The notes beneath the pieces were generated by a model, which worked only from the letters and a program-made list of their open reading frames with translations, was not told where the DNA came from and made no database searches. From the NCBI GenBank assembly GCA_000708835.1, contig DF237442.1:2177-66176 (forward strand): 64,000 bases of DNA. Reading direction: 5' to 3'. Position numbers and translations under genes: made by a program. Shown here in pieces: positions 59,630 through 64,000 of this stretch. Numbering within the stretch: the first letter of the stretch is position 1; each line of letters starts with the position of its first letter. Source of the stretch: Klebsormidium nitens (lineage: Eukaryota > Plantae > Klebsormidiophyceae).

Positions 59630-60409
59630 CCCAATAGGTTCTAAGCTCCACCAGGCTAGACCTGTGGGTTTTTCGACCCCTATTCTTGCGGTGTCCCTGC
59701 TTGCACACAGTGCTTTGTCCTGCACGCCACGCAGGTGCTTCCTCTCCAAGACGCTCTCCCTTCAGCAATCTTTCTGGCACTGCTCACGACACGCGCGTGA
59801 CTCAATCGACCGCCCTTCCACGACCACCAACCGTTGACAATGAGAATGGAAACCTTCTTCCCGGATTGCTCCTGAAGGCTCATATGCCATTGCAGCAATG
59901 GGATTGCTTTATGTCTCAGATTATCCGTCCAATACAAGCACGTCCACGGAAAATGGACAAGCGAATATGCAGGACTTCAGTACCCCCCAACTTGGTTTTG
60001 GAGACTGGACTCTGCCCGCATTGGCGGGGCCCTGAACAGTTATGTACCACCAGGGTATACAGTGAGCTCGTATGTGGGTGATTTGAGAGCAGCTTATATT
60101 CTACAAATCATTCTTATGCATGTATATTTGAGCAGCGATTTCTACTGCAGAGACAGCTGCAGTCCGCAGAAACTGCAGTTCTCAGTGCAAGAGAGTGGAA
60201 CTTGAAGCAGGACCGCGGCATGCACCGGCCACAGCGCGCCTCAGCTACCTACTGCACAGCTACCGGTGGGCAGGACCTGCTCATGCAGAGGGGCAGCATT
60301 TCACTTGTTCAGCCTGGTCACTCAACGCTTTCGCAAAAATCTAGATCTTGTTTAGCTGGGCATTGCTCCGGAGGCATAGTCCATATACAATTGGCGTGTG
60401 GAGAAGGAG

Positions 60410-63400
60410 ATGGCTCTGTTGAAGCACAGTACATGGAGCTTCGAGAGAGCTTTTGCTATTCTCCGGTGGCAGCCAGCGCTTGCAGCATTTGCCCCAGGCA
60501 TGCTTGGATTGGGGCAGGCTGGGCCTGCCGTTTTGGAGGTGAGTCGCCTGGCAGGAGCAGGGAGCCTGATGCCTGGATGTTCCTCCAACCATTCTACGCC
60601 CTTGCGAGTTACACCTTCAGTAAATGTAAAGCTATCAAAAGTTGGCTCGCTTGTAATTGCGTCCCCTTGAACTTGTTGGCGTCATATGGGTGCGGAATGC
60701 TTACGGGACGTCACACAGAGACTTTGGAGTTTGATTGGTTCGATTGTGCCATGAGAACCGATTGTTTCCTTTCGTCTATTCAGAGTGCAATTTCCACTGA
60801 GCCCCCAGCAGGGGCATCGGGCATCAAGAGTTTCGCCACAGCTGCGATGGGTGAGTTATCACCACCTCTTCCCCTGAGTCTGCTAGCTTGGTCTCTTCAT
60901 GCTGATGGAAAGTGGTATAGCTGGAAGGTGATGCCCACTTGTATGGGGATATGGGGCTATTTGTTGAGGGAAGTGGGAAAAGGTCAGTGTGCAGGTAGCG
61001 CGAACATAACCACTTTCTGAAATGGAAGGGGCCCAGACTCGTCCCTGTTCAGTCCTGTGTTCAGTGGGGGCTTCGTTTAGGTGCATGATCCCCCCCTTCG
61101 ACTCTAACGTTGGCTGAGTGGTAGGATCCTCTCTGTGTCCATAAAGGGACCCTGCCTGTAAAGCTGTGTATGAAGAAGTCTGCTCCTGGTGCCCCCTCGC
61201 AGGCAAGGTGAAGCGAAAGAGCCCCAAGGGCTTGCCCCCTCCTGATGAAGGGGGAACCGGGCAGCGCCGGGCTGCCCTCGATGCGGCGCTGCTGCAGATT
61301 GAGAGCAGCTTTGGGTCTGGCTCCGTGATGCGCATGGGGGACCTGGCGGCGGCCAACAAGAACGTGGCGGTCATTCCCACGGGCTCCCTCGCACTGGACG
61401 CCGCGCTCGGGGTGGGGGGGCTACCCAAGGTAAGCCACATCGTTGTTCCATGGATGTCTTCCGTGTAACACAGGTTGCGTCGGCTTCTCCTCACATGGCA
61501 CCTTGATGGGTATGACACTTGAAGTTGCCCCTCTAGAATTGGCTCTAGCTTGATGGTTGTTGCCGGCCTGATTCTCTGCTTGCATACTTTCATGCTTGCA
61601 GGGGCGAGTGGTGGAGATCTTTGGACCGGAGGCGTCAGGGAAGACCACCCTGGCGCTGCATGTGGTGGCAGAAGCGCAGAAGCAGGGAGGTGAGGTGCAG
61701 CGTTCACTTGATAAGAAATGGCGACAGCGTTGTTCACGTTCCTGGACCCGTTTCTTGTTTCATCGTTTGAAGACTTTGACTCAGCATAGTTATATCGCTC
61801 CTTCCAGCTGTGGGTATTCTCACCATTTGTTAAGCTCAATTGTGTCGAGAAAACCGCAACTGCCTGTCGGAATGATGTTATGTTCTCTAGATCTTGGAGT
61901 AAAGGAGCAAGCGTATCGCTCTCTTTCGCAAGTCTCTCTCCCCATAAAACGATGCCATAAAGCATCTTGATTAAGTGACTTCGGTGTCGATTCGAGCCTC
62001 CCTCTTGCTAGCAGGGACGTGCGTGTTCATTGACGCTGAGCATGCTCTGGACGCCTCGTTTGCGGAAGCGATTGGCGTGCACACAGCGGACCTGCTGATT
62101 GCGCAGCCCGACAGCGGGGAGCAGGCGCTCGCGGTGGCGGACACGCTCATTCGCAGCGGCTCCGTGGACGTGGTCGTCGTGGACAGTGTGAGCGCGGCTG
62201 CGGTCGAGCTAAGCTTCTCAGGGGTCTAGAATGGACCGAACTTGTCTGAGAGCCCGTAGGGCGGCTCGAGATTCATGAACGCCTATGACTTGCTCCGTCC
62301 TAGCGGCGATTGGTGCAATCGAGTATCGGCTTTCGTTGGTCAAAGGATCTAGCAATTATGGCAGATTGGAGATGAGAGTGCTAAAGAGACTGTTTGCCCT
62401 TTTGACTAACGGTTGGGGATCATTGTGACGGGTCAATTATTTTGAACCCGCTGAAAGGAGATTTGTGCATATTTATCTTCGACACTTCCTCTCACGTGTG
62501 CTTGTGCGGTGGCAGGTGGCTGCGCTGGTGCCCAAGGCGGAGCTGGCGGGCGAGATGGGCGACGCGCACATGGCCCTGCAGGCGCGCCTCATGAGCCAGG
62601 CGCTGCGCAAGCTCACGCACTCGCTTGCCAAGAGCGACACCCTGCTCATCTTCATCAACCAGGTGCGCCACCACCAAGGCATCCGTGGGCTTGCATTCAG
62701 ACTGCCCATCTCAGCAAATTGTCCTGGCTGCCAGACATTCGAAGGAGCGGTCGTATCACAAGAGGGAAGGCAGGAAGCACCTCAGCGTGCACTTTGCATT
62801 GAAAGGGTCCGAAACGTGAGTGGGTCCGGAAATTAGGCCAGCCAGATTGAACACGGTGAATGGGTGAGAAGGCCGTTATTGCACATGGCTGGAGCCACAG
62901 AGTCTTGCCTGCGCTTGGTCAAACCTGGTTGTTGGATTGCAGCAAACCATAACTTCGGAGATTACGAGCACTTGGATCGGTTCCCATGGTCGCATAAAAG
63001 AGTGGGTTTTCTGGTGACTTAGGCTCCTGAAAGACGCAGAGCCGACTTATATCTTGACAGACGCTCGTCTGCCTTCGGCGCCCGTGCAGATACGAAATAA
63101 GCTCAGCACGTTCGGAGGGTTCGGGGGACCCCAGGAGGTCACGTCGGGCGGCAACGCGCTCAAGTTCTACTCGTCGGTGCGGCTGAACATTCGGCGCATA
63201 GCGTACTTGAAAAAGGGAGAAGAGGTGAGCGGCCAGGACGCACGTGAAGAAGCCGCTCTGCGCTTACGTCGGATGCTGGCCCTGGTGGACCGAAGGGGAG
63301 CACCAGGAAATGGAAAGGCTGTGTGCATGTTTTCAAGTAAGAGACCTGCTGGGAGTTCGTCAATAGTTTTGCAGCCTGGATTGAAGCTAAAATTGGGCCG

Positions 63401-64000
63401 CTTTTGTCGAGAATCGCCTTAACGAGGAATGACTCGATTGGCCTTCCCTTCTAGCTTTTCCACCTTTCACTAAACTTGCGTAACCTGACGGGACATATCG
63501 CAAGAGCAGGTGTGTGCCATGGAGCCTTCGATTGCTTTACTCAGTTTTCTTCCCAGGATGCTACTAGCGTGGTTCACTTGAAAATTACTGGATTACTTCG
63601 CATCCTGTCAAGAAAGTCGTGCACCGACCAAATTTTCTCGGACATTACTTACAAGAAGTGGCCCCTTTACGTCCTTGAGGCGGTGATACGATTGCGGCGA
63701 CCGGCAATTGCTTTGCACTTTGCTTCGTGCCAAAGTCCTCAAGCTCTAGTTCTTCCGAACACGAGAAGTGCGTCAACTGGCTGCCCGTCCACCCGTCGGT
63801 ACTTTGTACTGTGGCTATGAACATCTGTAGTTTTTGTGGGTTGCTTTCTTTGGCTCGGCGCTGACATGGCCGCTGGTGTGCAGGTAGTGGGCAGCACGGT
63901 GCGCGTGAAGATTGCCAAGAACAAAGTCGCGCCGCCGTTCCGGGCAGCGGAGTTCGACATCGAGTTTGGGCGCGGCATCTCGCAGGAGGGCGAGCTGCTG
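60410..64000 (+). CDS. recA: Organellar (probably mitochondrial) RecA recombinase; runs past the window end
   Basis: Exons 60410-60538, 60784-60850, 61203-61429 and more. Presequence-like N-terminus ending IKSFATAA; [35 protein letters not shown]; FIDAEHALD; [12 protein letters not shown]; [26 protein letters not shown] (plant mitochondrial-type). Confidence 0.96.

Noticed and set aside
59629-64000. RecA as part of the mobile element, or the DDX6-RecA divergence as notable
   Set aside because: It is a standard nuclear-encoded organellar RecA more than 45 kb from the element, and divergent gene pairs are common in compact algal genomes.

Overview
Eukaryotic, intron-rich nuclear DNA (GT-AG introns of about 300-1000 bp, GC-rich exons). 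The gene set (GAMYB-like R2R3-MYB, plant-type mitochondrial RecA, kinesin-2 accessory KAP) suggests a flagellate-capable streptophyte alga such as Klebsormidium; this is inference. From about 15.6 kb onward the window is ordinary host genes: an ABCC/MRP transporter, two MITEs, an R2R3-MYB, an Inturned-like gene head-to-head with KAP3/FLA3, an intronless GT2 glycosyltransferase, DDX6/Dhh1 and RecA. The first ~15.4 kb is unusual. It holds (i) a 10-exon gene for a virus/plasmid-type Prim-Pol + Zn-finger + D5_N + SF3 helicase with one frameshift; (ii) a ~104-bp two-box repeat family found only in and around that gene; and (iii) a divergent HicA-like / HicB-like toxin-antitoxin pair in bacterial gene order, between 53-bp direct repeats. 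The antitoxin-like gene needs splicing and the toxin-like ORF does not. A phase-matched splice donor inside the toxin-like ORF could switch one transcript between the two products. All family calls come from motif recognition by eye and need HMM or structure confirmation.
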